A stretch of DNA of 64,000 bases. Origin: a bacterium (GTDB taxonomy: Bacteria > UBA8248). The first letter of the stretch is position 1. The number at the start of each line of letters is the position of its first letter. The notes under the pieces are model-generated. The model saw only the letters and a program-made list of their open reading frames with translations. It was not told the DNA's origin and made no database searches. A program made the position numbers and the translations under genes. This document shows, piece by piece, positions 1-8,980 of this stretch. The DNA lies in contig OZ241996.1 of assembly GCA_965204535.1 (NCBI GenBank), positions 512,001 through 576,000 of the forward strand, written 5' to 3'.

Positions 1-5
1 GCTTC

Positions 6-842
6 ATGCGCGCGTACGGCACGAATGTGGTGGCCGGCGTTGTGCCCGGACGTGCGGGCGAGGATTGCGACGGCGTGCCCGTCTATGACTCGTTCGCCAC
101 AGCCTTGGAAGCGCATCCGGCTGACGCCGCCGTCCTGTTCGTGCCGGCCGCCGCCGCGGCGGAATCGGCGATAGAGGCGGCGGGCGCGGGCGTTGGCATG
201 ATCCTCGTATGCGCTGAGGGCGTTTCCCAGCACGACGTGGCGCGGATGATCGCCCATGCGCGGCGCGCGGGGGTGCGGCTCGTGGGGCCCAACAGCCAGG
301 GAATCATCAGCCCCGGGCGCGCCAAGATGGGCGGTACGGGTGGTGAGCTGCCCGTCACGAACCTCCTGTTCCGGCGCGGGCCGGTGGGCGTTTTGAGCAG
401 GAGCGGGGGCATGGGCAGCGAGACCTGCTGGCTCCTGACGCGCGAGGGAATCGGCCAGAGCACCTACGTGAGCGTGGGGGGCGACGCGATGGTGGGCGCG
501 CCTTTTTCGGAACTCATGCCGTTGTTCGAGGAGGACCCCGATACGGCGTGCGCCGTCCTGTTCGGCGAGCCGGGCTCGTGCGCCGAAGAAGACGCGGCGC
601 GCCTGATGGGGGAGGGCGGCTTCACCAAGCCCGTGGTCGCCTTCATCGCGGGGATGGTGAACGAGTCCGCTCCGCAGGGGGTGAGCTTCGGCCACGCGGC
701 GGCCATCATCGAGCGCGGCGAGGGTTCGCCCGCGCGGAAAAAGGCGCTGTTAAGAGAAGCGGGCGCCGCCGTGGTGGAGGACATGCGCGAGATTCCCGCC
801 GCCGTGCGCGATGCCTTGGGCGCTGGATTTTCTCGCCCTTAG
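6..842 (+). CDS. sucD: Succinyl-CoA synthetase alpha subunit-like CoA-binding protein (probably 5'-truncated by the window edge)
   Basis: YGTNVVAGV, GPNSQGIISPG, SRSGG and FGHAAA phospho-His motif; the typical N-terminus is missing. Confidence 0.8.
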   Translation: MRAYGTNVVAGVVPGRAGEDCDGVPVYDSFATALEAHPADAAVLFVPAAAAAESAIEAAGAGVGMILVCAEGVSQHDVARMIAHARRAGVRLVGPNSQGIISPGRAKMGGTGGELPVTNLLFRRGPVGVLSRSGGMGSETCWLLTREGIGQSTYVSVGGDAMVGAPFSELMPLFEEDPDTACAVLFGEPGSCAEEDAARLMGEGGFTKPVVAFIAGMVNESAPQGVSFGHAAAIIERGEGSPARKKALLREAGAAVVEDMREIPAAVRDALGAGFSRP

Positions 843-952
843 CTGGTAAGCCTATCCGGGATTTTCCCGGCATGAAGGTCCTGGTTTCGCCGCGTGGGGT
901 GAGGAAATACGGGGCGGGCCGATGTATCCGTCCTTATGGCGAGAGGATTACC

Positions 953-980
953 GTAGGGACAGGTCGCGACCTGTCCCTAC
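953..980. repeat. GTAG-type REP-like perfect palindrome GTAGGGACAGGTCGCGACCTGTCCCTAC
   Basis: 28-bp perfect palindrome; identical copy at 55582-55609. Confidence 0.85.
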
Positions 981-1102
981 CCCGCATCCCCGTTATTCCC
1001 GCTTCCGACGTCCGGGGAGCGATTTGGATTGCATAGAATGCCGAGGCGGAAGAGGCATCCTTGGCGATACATTTTTTTGAATTTGACAAGGAGAAATTGC
1101 AA

Positions 1103-2782
1103 ATGCCGAAAATGACAGGCGCCCAGGTCATGGCCGAGATGCTCAAGGGCTATGGCGTTACGCACACTTTTCTGGTTCCCGCCGTGCTCAGGCGCTCGAT
1201 GGCCGAGATGGAAGAGCGCACGAACATCGCCCGCATCCAGACGCACGGCGAGAAATCCGCCGCCTACATGGCGGACGGCTACGCCCGCGCGGGCAAGAAG
1301 CCGGGCGTCTGCATGGCGCAGGTCATCGGCGCGCTGAACCTGGCGGCGGGCCTGCGGGACGCCTATCTGGCGAAGGCTCCCGTCCTGGCCTTCACGGGCG
1401 GGCGCGTGCCCGAAACCAAGTTCCGCAAGGTCTACCAGGAGGTGGACGACGTTCCCGCCTTTGAGCCGGTGACGAAGTTCAACGCCACGGTGGACGACGC
1501 CTCGCGCTTCCCGGACATGCTGCGCCAGGCCTTCCGCGCCGCCATGTCGGGTTGTCCGGGCCCCGTGCACCTGCAATTCGCCGGAAACGAGGGCCAGCTC
1601 GACATCGAAGAGGCCGAGATGGAGGTGATCATCGAGGAAGACTTCAAGGAGCTTCCCCCCTACCGGCCCGAACCGGAAATGGCGCGCGTGAAAAAAGCGG
1701 TCGAGTTGCTCGAAAAGGCCGAACGCCCCGTCATCGTATCGGGCGGCGGCGTGCGCTCATCGGGCGCTTCCAAAGAACTCATCGCCCTGGCCGAGAAGCT
1801 GAACATCCCGGTGGCGACGTCGCTGAACGGCAAGGACAACATCCCCGGCAACCACCCGCTCTCGGTCGGCGTGGTGGGCACCTATTCGAGAAAGAGCGCG
1901 AACCGCGTCGTGAACGCGGCCGACCTCGTTTTCTTCGTCGGCACCGAGACGGGCGGCATGACGACCCACTTCTGGGCCGTACCGCCCATCGGAACGCCCG
2001 CGATTCAACTCGACATCGAACCCGAAGCGCTTGCGCGGAACTATCCCTTACAGGCCGCCGTCCTGGGCGACGCGAAAGTGAGCCTCCAGAAGATGATCGA
2101 TGCGGCGAGCGGTGATTCCGCCGCCTCGCGCGCGGGCTGGGTGGAGCGGGCGCAAGCGTTCGTGCAAGGCTGGCGCGATGAGTTCACCGGGTATCTCGAA
2201 TCGGACGCCGCGCCTATGCGCCCCGAGCGCATCTGCCAGGAGTTGACGGATTCGCTGCCTTCGGACTGCGTCGTGCTGGCCGACACGGGCCACTCGGGCA
2301 TGTGGATGGGCGGCATGTACGACCTCTCGCACCCGGATCAGAGCTACATGCGGAGCGCAGGCCACCTGGGCTGGGCCTTCTCGGCGGGACTGGGGGCGAA
2401 GTGCGCCGTACCGGAGCGGCCGGTGCTCACCTTCAACGGCGATTCGGGCTTCTGGTATCATCTGTCCGAGATCGAGACCGCGGTGCGCTGGAAGATAAAC
2501 GCCGTGACGCTGGTGAACAACAACGCCTCGGGCAACCAGTCGAAGCGCGGCTTCGACCGCGCCTACGGCGGCGAGCAGACGAAGCAGGCGTATGAGCTAT
2601 GGATGCTGAACGAGGTGAATTTCGCCGAGATCGCCGAATCCATGGGCGCGCTGGGCATCCGGGTGGAAAAACCGGGCGAACTTAAGAGCGCGCTCGACCG
2701 GGCCTTCAGCGCGAACCGGCCCGTCGTCATCGACTGCGTGAGCGATATCGAGGCCATGGCGCCGCTGGCTGTTACGGAGTGA
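1103..2782 (+). CDS. Thiamine diphosphate-binding protein, acetolactate synthase-like family
   Basis: HGEKSAAYMADGYAR, GPVHL, GDSGF...NNN ThDP motif; AGGAG RBS before ATG 1103. Confidence 0.9.
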   Translation: MPKMTGAQVMAEMLKGYGVTHTFLVPAVLRRSMAEMEERTNIARIQTHGEKSAAYMADGYARAGKKPGVCMAQVIGALNLAAGLRDAYLAKAPVLAFTGGRVPETKFRKVYQEVDDVPAFEPVTKFNATVDDASRFPDMLRQAFRAAMSGCPGPVHLQFAGNEGQLDIEEAEMEVIIEEDFKELPPYRPEPEMARVKKAVELLEKAERPVIVSGGGVRSSGASKELIALAEKLNIPVATSLNGKDNIPGNHPLSVGVVGTYSRKSANRVVNAADLVFFVGTETGGMTTHFWAVPPIGTPAIQLDIEPEALARNYPLQAAVLGDAKVSLQKMIDAASGDSAASRAGWVERAQAFVQGWRDEFTGYLESDAAPMRPERICQELTDSLPSDCVVLADTGHSGMWMGGMYDLSHPDQSYMRSAGHLGWAFSAGLGAKCAVPERPVLTFNGDSGFWYHLSEIETAVRWKINAVTLVNNNASGNQSKRGFDRAYGGEQTKQAYELWMLNEVNFAEIAESMGALGIRVEKPGELKSALDRAFSANRPVVIDCVSDIEAMAPLAVTE

Positions 2783-3582
2783 TGGGTATTTTTCTGATAG
2801 GGGTCGATTGCGCGACGGAACCAAAGAAGACAGGTCTTGCTCGGGCTAAGTTCGACGGGGGGAATTGCTGTCTTCTGGATGTGAAAATGGGATCGACTGA
2901 CGTGGCGGGCCAGTTGTGTGAATGGATAAGCGACGACTCTCCAACTCTTCTCGCACTCGACGCTCCTTTGGGGTGGCCGGACGGTTTTGGGAGTAAGTTG
3001 GCAAGTCACAAAGCTGGTCAAACAATCAAGAGAACTTGTCGGGAAGTATTCTTTGATCGCGAAACGGATCGTGTTGTCCGTAAGGAGTCAGGACAAAAGC
3101 CGCTCAGTGTGGGTGCTGACAGGATCGCGCGAACCTCTTTTGTCGCCTTGGAGATTCTCGAAAAAGTTCGGCAAAACCAGAAAAGCAAGGGGCAGGATAT
3201 ATCCATAGCTTGGACCCCGGAAATTCAGGGCGTGCAGGCGATAGAGGTCTATCCCGCCGCCACTCTGAAAATGTATGAATACCCGAACAAGGGTTATAAA
3301 AAGCAAGGGAACATTGACCAGCGAAAAATCCGAGAAGAGATTACCAATAAGCTATGTAAGCATTTTAAGCCTAGAATTAAACAATCTTTACAAGATCGAA
3401 TGCTAGATGACCCTGACGCTTTGGATGCCGTTGTCTGTATTCTCGCAGCGTTAGATTTCCTGGTAGGTGATGCAATAGGGCCAGAAAACGGCCGAGAACG
3501 GAAGAGGGCCGAAAAGGAAGGCTGGATTTGGTTCAGGCGCGAACTTTTCGAGCGAGCTTCCTCCCCAGAAACGCGCGCGTGA
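2782..3582 (+). CDS. DUF429 family protein (predicted RNase H-fold nuclease)
   Basis: IGVD, ALDAPLGWP, RETD, IEVYPAA, DALDAVVC, EGWIW motifs; visibly lower GC than flanks. Confidence 0.8.
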   Translation: MGIFLIGVDCATEPKKTGLARAKFDGGNCCLLDVKMGSTDVAGQLCEWISDDSPTLLALDAPLGWPDGFGSKLASHKAGQTIKRTCREVFFDRETDRVVRKESGQKPLSVGADRIARTSFVALEILEKVRQNQKSKGQDISIAWTPEIQGVQAIEVYPAATLKMYEYPNKGYKKQGNIDQRKIREEITNKLCKHFKPRIKQSLQDRMLDDPDALDAVVCILAALDFLVGDAIGPENGRERKRAEKEGWIWFRRELFERASSPETRA

Positions 3583-4387
3583 CGCGGATGAAGGCGTCGG
3601 GTTCGTCCATGAAGACGTGGTGGTGCGCGCCCGGGATGACGGCGGTCTCCACGTGGGAGACTTTCTCGCGCACCCATTCGAGGGAATCCGATTTCAGCCG
3701 ATCCGATAGTTCTCCCGCCACGAGGAGGGCGGGCGTCTCGACGCGCAGCCAGCCGGCGCGCTGATCCGTCTCCGGGCGGGTGGCGTGAAAGCGCCTGTCC
3801 GCCTTGACCGTCCATCTGCCGTCGCCGTTTTGCCGCACGGCGTGGCGCGCGATGTGGGCGATGGTTTCGGGATTCACCTTGTCCGATGCGGGCAGGAGCC
3901 TGAATTTCTCCACGAACAGCTCCCGCGACGCCCAGGGTCTGGCGGGCCGGTTCCCGAAGGCGCGCACCTCGGCCAAGATCGCGTCCGTCGTCTTAAGCGG
4001 GGAATCCACGACGATGAGGCCTTCGATATCGGGCGGCTCGAGCGCGAAGAGGTTCAGCGCGATGACGCCGCCCATCGAATGGGCCAGCATCCAGGGTTTT
4101 CTCCCGCTCGCCTCTTTGGCCCATTCCACCCAGGCGGCCACGTCGCGCAGCAGGTCCTCGAAGATGTATTCATCCTGCCATCCGGTGTCCCCGTGGCCGC
4201 GGTGATCCGTCGCCACGGGCCGGAGCATGTCCCCGTAATGGGGGGCGATGTGATCCCACCAGCGCGCGTGCGCCGCCGCACCGTGCAGCATCAGGATGAC
4301 GGGCTTGTCCTCCCCCTCGACTCCGTGGTCCAGGGCGTGCAGCCGCACGCCGTCTCTTTCGATGAAAACGCTCTTCGGTTCCGACAT
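3533..4387 (-). CDS. Alpha/beta hydrolase
   Basis: LHG, DHRGHG, AHSMGG nucleophile elbow, C-terminal GAHH. Confidence 0.9.
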   Translation of the reverse strand: MSEPKSVFIERDGVRLHALDHGVEGEDKPVILMLHGAAAHARWWDHIAPHYGDMLRPVATDHRGHGDTGWQDEYIFEDLLRDVAAWVEWAKEASGRKPWMLAHSMGGVIALNLFALEPPDIEGLIVVDSPLKTTDAILAEVRAFGNRPARPWASRELFVEKFRLLPASDKVNPETIAHIARHAVRQNGDGRWTVKADRRFHATRPETDQRAGWLRVETPALLVAGELSDRLKSDSLEWVREKVSHVETAVIPGAHHHVFMDEPDAFIRVTRAFLGRKLARKVRA

Positions 4388-4521
4388 TCGCTCTGGCTCC
4401 AGGTTTCGTGACGCCTTTCAGATTCCGGGGGAGAATCCACCATCAGCGCGGGAATGGCAAGCCTGATTGCATTTTCGGGTGTGTTTCAGGGGAGGGGCGG
4501 CGCTTGGGGGTTGCTAAAAAA
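4387..4521 (-). repeat. About 135-bp direct repeat, copy 1 (promoter-like TTGCCA-N17-GATTCT on minus strand)
   Basis: Aligns with 7571-7706. Confidence 0.8.
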
Positions 4522-4766
4522 CCGTTAACGACCCCAACGGAGTTCTCCCTCCACCAGAGAATTTCAAATCAACTCCCCCCTTTAGGGGCACTACAACCCA
4601 AGCGGAGGGAAAATTCACTCCCCCTTGAGGGGGAGTCGAAGAGCTGAGGGCGTATGCCCGCAAGCGAACCGGTGGGGGGGATAATTCGGAATGGCAACAA
4701 ACGCATTTTACCCCCCACCGATTCAGCCTTCGCACAAACCGCTCGGCTTCATCGACTCCCCCTCAA

Positions 4767-6282
4767 GGGGCTGTTGAAAAACCCCTGGTTTTGTGATCGT
4801 ATGGATGTATTCCCCCTCGCCCGAGATGGGAGTTCCGGAGATGTTGGACCGCAAGAGGCGCGAGCAGATGGACTTGTTCGTGGCCGGCCCGCTGGAGAAG
4901 TTGATTCCCGAAGATCACATATTGCGCCAGGTGGACCGCGTACTGGATTTGAGTTGGCTTCGCGAGGAAGTGGCGGAGTGCTATTGCGCGGACAACGGTC
5001 GACCGGGGATCGACCCGGAAGTGGTGATCCGGTTGATGCTGGCGGGCCTGCTGCTGGGCTACGCGGAGGATCGCCGCCTGCTGCGCGAGGCGCAGGCGCA
5101 TCTGGCGGTCCGGTGGTTCATCGGGTACAGGCTGGACGAGGATTTGCCGGATCATTCGAGCCTGACGCGTATCCGTCAACGCTGGGGGGAGGAGCGGTTC
5201 AAGGAGATATTTCGGCGCACGGTTCAGTCTTGCGTGGAGGCGAAGGTGGCGAAGGGAGAAGTGGTTCACATGGACGCGTCTTTGATACGCGCGGACGTGA
5301 GCTGGGAGAGTCTGGCGGAGCGCCACGCGGAGAAGGTGGTGCGGGAGAACGACTCGGAGGATGAGACGGGGAAGAAGGGCGGCGGCGGGGGTTCGGGTCC
5401 GGTGAGCCGAACGGACCCCGACGCGCGCCTGGCGCGCAAGAGCGCTCGGGCGGGGTTCGAGCCGAGCTATAAGCACCACGCGGTGGTGGACGACGAGCGT
5501 GGGGTGGTTCTCGACGTAGAGGTGACGGAGGGGACGTTGAACGAGCGGGAGATGATGGAGCCGCAGTTGGATGCGGTTTGCGAGCTCACGGGTCGCGCGC
5601 CCGCGGTGGTGACGGCGGATAGTGGTTATGCGTATTCGAAGGTGTACGGCGCATTGGAGCGTCGGGGGGTCGCCGCGCTGATACCGGCGAAGAAGGAACC
5701 CACCCAGAGCCGGGTGCCGTTGCAACTGTTCCGCTACGACGAGCGGAATGAGGTGGTGAAGTGTCCGGGGGGCAAGACGCTGCGCCCCCGGAAGGAGACG
5801 GAGCGGGGGCGCTGGTATGTATCGAGGACCCGCGATTGCGCGGGTTGCGCGCTCAAGGCCGATTGTCTGTCGGCGTCTCGCACGAGCAGGGCGGTTCTGA
5901 TTCCGCACGAGTATCCGGCGCTGTTGCGCGCGCGCCGTCGCCACGCGCGCCGGGGGGAGGAGGAGGGCCGGCTGTGGCGCCGCCACATGTCGCGTTCGGA
6001 GGGCTATCACGGCGAGGCGAAGAGTCGGCACGGACTGGCGCGGGCGGTACGCCGGGGTCTTGCGAACGTGAAGATCCAGGCCTACCTGACGGCGACTGCG
6101 GTGAACCTCAAGCGGCTCGCCGCCGCTGTGGCCGCGGGTTTATTCGCTCTGTGGCGGGCCTGGGCCGCCCGGAAACGCCGAATGAGCGCATATCGCGGCC
6201 TCACGCGCCGATTGGGCTTCCTCTCCCAGGCCGCGTGAGCCGCCATACATCCCGCTTCAAAACGAGGTTTTTCAACAGCCCC
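4767..6282 (+). mobile_element. IS1182-family insertion sequence
   Basis: TIRs GGGGCTGTTGAAAAAC / GTTTTTCAACAGCCCC; CTCAA duplicated at 4762-4766 and 6283-6287. Confidence 0.9.
4841..6238 (+). CDS. IS1182-family DDE transposase
   Basis: GRPGIDP, PDHSSL, MDAS, SRTDPDA, ADSGY, Cys cluster, E..HGEAK..HGL. Confidence 0.92.
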   Translation: MLDRKRREQMDLFVAGPLEKLIPEDHILRQVDRVLDLSWLREEVAECYCADNGRPGIDPEVVIRLMLAGLLLGYAEDRRLLREAQAHLAVRWFIGYRLDEDLPDHSSLTRIRQRWGEERFKEIFRRTVQSCVEAKVAKGEVVHMDASLIRADVSWESLAERHAEKVVRENDSEDETGKKGGGGGSGPVSRTDPDARLARKSARAGFEPSYKHHAVVDDERGVVLDVEVTEGTLNEREMMEPQLDAVCELTGRAPAVVTADSGYAYSKVYGALERRGVAALIPAKKEPTQSRVPLQLFRYDERNEVVKCPGGKTLRPRKETERGRWYVSRTRDCAGCALKADCLSASRTSRAVLIPHEYPALLRARRRHARRGEEEGRLWRRHMSRSEGYHGEAKSRHGLARAVRRGLANVKIQAYLTATAVNLKRLAAAVAAGLFALWRAWAARKRRMSAYRGLTRRLGFLSQAA

Positions 6283-6355
6283 CTCAAGGGGGGAGTGAAA
6301 TCTAGCACGCTCGTTCTGTGGGTTTTTCAACAGCCTCTTGAAGCGCGCCCGCACT

Positions 6356-7015
6356 CTACTTGTCATCCCCTCCGGGCCAGACGGCTTTCGCCAGCCGCCA
6401 GCCGCAGAACGCGCCCACAAACTGGGCGATGACGAAGGGGATCGCGTCGAACGGCTGAATGCCCGAGAACGTGTTGGTGTAAACCCGTGCGATGGTGACC
6501 GCCGGGTTGGCGAAGCTGGTCGAGGCCGTGAACCAAAGCGCCGACATGATGTAGAGCCCCACCATGGCGGGGATGAGGGCGGCGTTCGTGCGCAGCCCGC
6601 CCAGGATGACGAATATCAGCCCCGCCGTCGCGATTACTTCCGCCGACCACTGGCCGATGCCCGCCCGCTGTTTCGCCGAGACCTGGGCGATGTCCAGGTC
6701 GAACATCAAGTGCGCGGCGAGCACGCCCAGGATGCCCGCGAGGAATTGCGTGGCGACGTAGGGCGCGGCCTCGCGCTGTTCCATATCCCCGTTCAAGGCG
6801 AAGACCATGGTGACCGCCGGGTTGAAGTGCGCGCCCGAGACCGGCCCGAGCAGGGTGATCATGACGAAGAGGATCGCGCCTATCGCCAGTGAGTGCGGCA
6901 GGAGCGCGGCGCCCGCCTGCCCGTTTGAGAGGGCGTCGCCCATGATGCCCGAGCCTGCGATGGCGGCGAGCAGAAACGCGGTTCCGATTGCTTCGGCAAG
7001 GAGTTTGCGGCCCAT
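6356..7015 (-). CDS. MIP/aquaporin family channel, arsenic-associated type
   Basis: Two NPA boxes (SGAHFNPAVT, SFANPAVT); directly downstream of arsC. Confidence 0.88.
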   Translation of the reverse strand: MGRKLLAEAIGTAFLLAAIAGSGIMGDALSNGQAGAALLPHSLAIGAILFVMITLLGPVSGAHFNPAVTMVFALNGDMEQREAAPYVATQFLAGILGVLAAHLMFDLDIAQVSAKQRAGIGQWSAEVIATAGLIFVILGGLRTNAALIPAMVGLYIMSALWFTASTSFANPAVTIARVYTNTFSGIQPFDAIPFVIAQFVGAFCGWRLAKAVWPGGDDK

Positions 7016-7027
7016 CGGTTCAATCCC

Positions 7028-7504
7028 TCATATATGGCTGATGGCGTCCAGGCGCGCTTTCAGCGTCGCGCGGTCCATGTCTTCGAAGTCAAGGGCGAGA
7101 AAAGCGTTGATACGGGCGCTCAGGCGGTGGTAGGCGACCCGGAACGCCCGGTCTATCTCGGCTTCGGGCGCAGCGGCGGGGTCGTCCACCCCCCAGTGCG
7201 TCGTGAGCGGCGCGCCGGGCCAGACGGGGCAGGTCTCGCCCGCCGCCGAATCGCACACGGTGATGACGAGGTCCATTTGCGGGGCGCCTGCGGCGGCGAA
7301 CTCATCCCAGCTCTTGGAGCGGTAGCCCGCCGTCGGCAGACCCAGCCGCTCCAGCAGACGGACCGCGCCCGGATTCACCCGCCCGGCGGGTTTCGAGCCG
7401 GCCGAGTAGGCGCGCACCCTTCCCGCGCCGTCGCGGTTCAGGACGGCTTCGGCGAGTATCGAGCGCGCCGAGTTGCCCGTGCAGAGAACGAGAATATGGC
7501 GCAT
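7028..7504 (-). CDS. arsC: Arsenate reductase, LMW-PTP family
   Basis: LCTGNSARS P-loop, SKSWDEF, CDSAAGETCP, HWGVDDP. Confidence 0.9.
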   Translation of the reverse strand: MRHILVLCTGNSARSILAEAVLNRDGAGRVRAYSAGSKPAGRVNPGAVRLLERLGLPTAGYRSKSWDEFAAAGAPQMDLVITVCDSAAGETCPVWPGAPLTTHWGVDDPAAAPEAEIDRAFRVAYHRLSARINAFLALDFEDMDRATLKARLDAISHI

Positions 7505-7570
7505 GGAATCTCCCTCGTCTCGTCGTTCGGAAGTCGAACGCTTTCGATGAGATAATCTTCTGTTTCAGGG

Positions 7571-7706
7571 TTCGCTTCGCTCCGGATTTCGTAACGCCGT
7601 TTCAGATTTCGGGGGAGAATCCACGATTGGAGCGCGGATGGCAAGCCCGCGCGCTCTTTCGGGAATGTTTCAGGGGAGGGGCGGTGCTTCGGGGGCTGTT
7701 GAAAAA
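7571..7706 (-). repeat. About 135-bp direct repeat, copy 2 (promoter-like), upstream of arsC
   Basis: Aligns with 4387-4521. Confidence 0.8.
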
Positions 7707-7860
7707 TCCCTGATGAACGAGGGTTTTATGTGACCGGGGAGGGGCGGTTTTGTAGCGGCCGCATATATGCGGCCCTTGTAGTGGGTGAAAAAAATCAGGG
7801 TCGCATATATGCGACCCCTACAGAAGCAAATTTTTCCTCTCTAGGTTTTTCAACAAGCCC
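7692..7860. mobile_element. MITE-like element with IS1182-type ends enclosing a GTAG REP doublet
   Basis: GGGGCTGTTGAAAAA ... TTTTTCAACAAGCCC; interior CGCATATATGCG palindromes. Confidence 0.7.
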
Positions 7861-7894
7861 CCATAATCGTTAATTCCGTTTCGGCTCGCCGGTC

Positions 7895-8977
7895 TCAAGG
7901 CTCGAGGATGCGCACCTGCTCGCCGCGGAGGCCCACGACGACCTCATCGCCCACGGCGAAGGCGCGGCGGCCGGGGTGGTGGGTGTCGTCGACCAGCAGG
8001 ATGTCCTCGCCGATGGCGACGCTGTAGCGCAGCAGGTTGCCGAGGAACTCGCGGTGCTGCACCCGGCCGGTCAGGACGATTCCGGGCGCCGTCTCGCCGG
8101 ATGCGGCGATGGCGACGTCCTGGGGCCGGAACACGGCGGTCCGCTCCTCGCCCGCCGGGTGGGAATCTCCCGCCAGCGGCAGGACGATGCCGTTCGACGC
8201 GGCGAAGCGCGCTCCGTCATCCCCCGCCTCGACCCGCCCTTCCATGAGGTTCGCCGTGCCGAGGAAGTGGGCGACGAAGCGGTTGACCGGCTCGTCGTAG
8301 AGCTCCATGGGCATTCCCACCTGCTGGAGGACGCCTTCGTCGAGCACGGCGATGCGGTCCGAGATGGTGTTGGCTTCCTCTTGGTCGTGGGTGACGAAGA
8401 TGGTGGTGAGCGCGAGTTCGCGCTGTAAATCCAGAATCTCGCGGCGCATCTGCACGCGCAGGTTGGCGTCGAGGTTCGAGAGCGGCTCATCGAGCAGGAG
8501 CACGCGGGGCTCGACGACGATGGTGCGGGCGAGGGCGACGCGCTGCTGCTGTCCGCCGGACAACTGAGACGGTCGCCTTTCGCTAAGCTCCAGAAGACCG
8601 ACCATGTCCAGTGCGGCGTCGACGCGCTTGGGTATCTCGGCGGAGGGCGTCCTGCGTTCTTCGAGGCCGAAGGCGACGTTTCTGCGCACCGTCATGTGCG
8701 GCCAGAGCGCGTAGGACTGGAACACCATGCCGACGTTGCGCCGCCAGGGGGGCAGCCTCGTCACGTTGTCTTCGCCGATGAGGATGCGCCCGCGCGGCGT
8801 CGGCCCGAAACCCGCGACCGCGCGCAGCAGGGTCGATTTACCCGAGCCCGAGGGCCCCAGGAAGGTGAACAGCTCGCCCGGTTCGATGCGCAGGTTCACG
8901 TCTTTCAGTACGTCGGTCGTATCGTAGGCGAGGCTCAACTGCTCGATGACGACGCCGGCGGCGTGATCTGATGTCAT
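7895..8977 (-). CDS. ABC transporter ATP-binding protein (Fe3+/polyamine type, TOBE domain)
   Basis: GPSGSGKS, LSGGQQQR, LLLDEP. Confidence 0.92.
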   Translation of the reverse strand: MTSDHAAGVVIEQLSLAYDTTDVLKDVNLRIEPGELFTFLGPSGSGKSTLLRAVAGFGPTPRGRILIGEDNVTRLPPWRRNVGMVFQSYALWPHMTVRRNVAFGLEERRTPSAEIPKRVDAALDMVGLLELSERRPSQLSGGQQQRVALARTIVVEPRVLLLDEPLSNLDANLRVQMRREILDLQRELALTTIFVTHDQEEANTISDRIAVLDEGVLQQVGMPMELYDEPVNRFVAHFLGTANLMEGRVEAGDDGARFAASNGIVLPLAGDSHPAGEERTAVFRPQDVAIAASGETAPGIVLTGRVQHREFLGNLLRYSVAIGEDILLVDDTHHPGRRAFAVGDEVVVGLRGEQVRILEP

Positions 8978-8980
8978 GGG

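Larger units (their letters stand above)
4507..6337. mobile_element. MITE-like element with IS1182-type ends, interrupted by the IS1182 copy
   Basis: Left GGGGTTGCTAAAAAA, right TTTTTCAACAGCCTC; interior hairpins match the uninterrupted element at 53475-53761. Confidence 0.7.
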
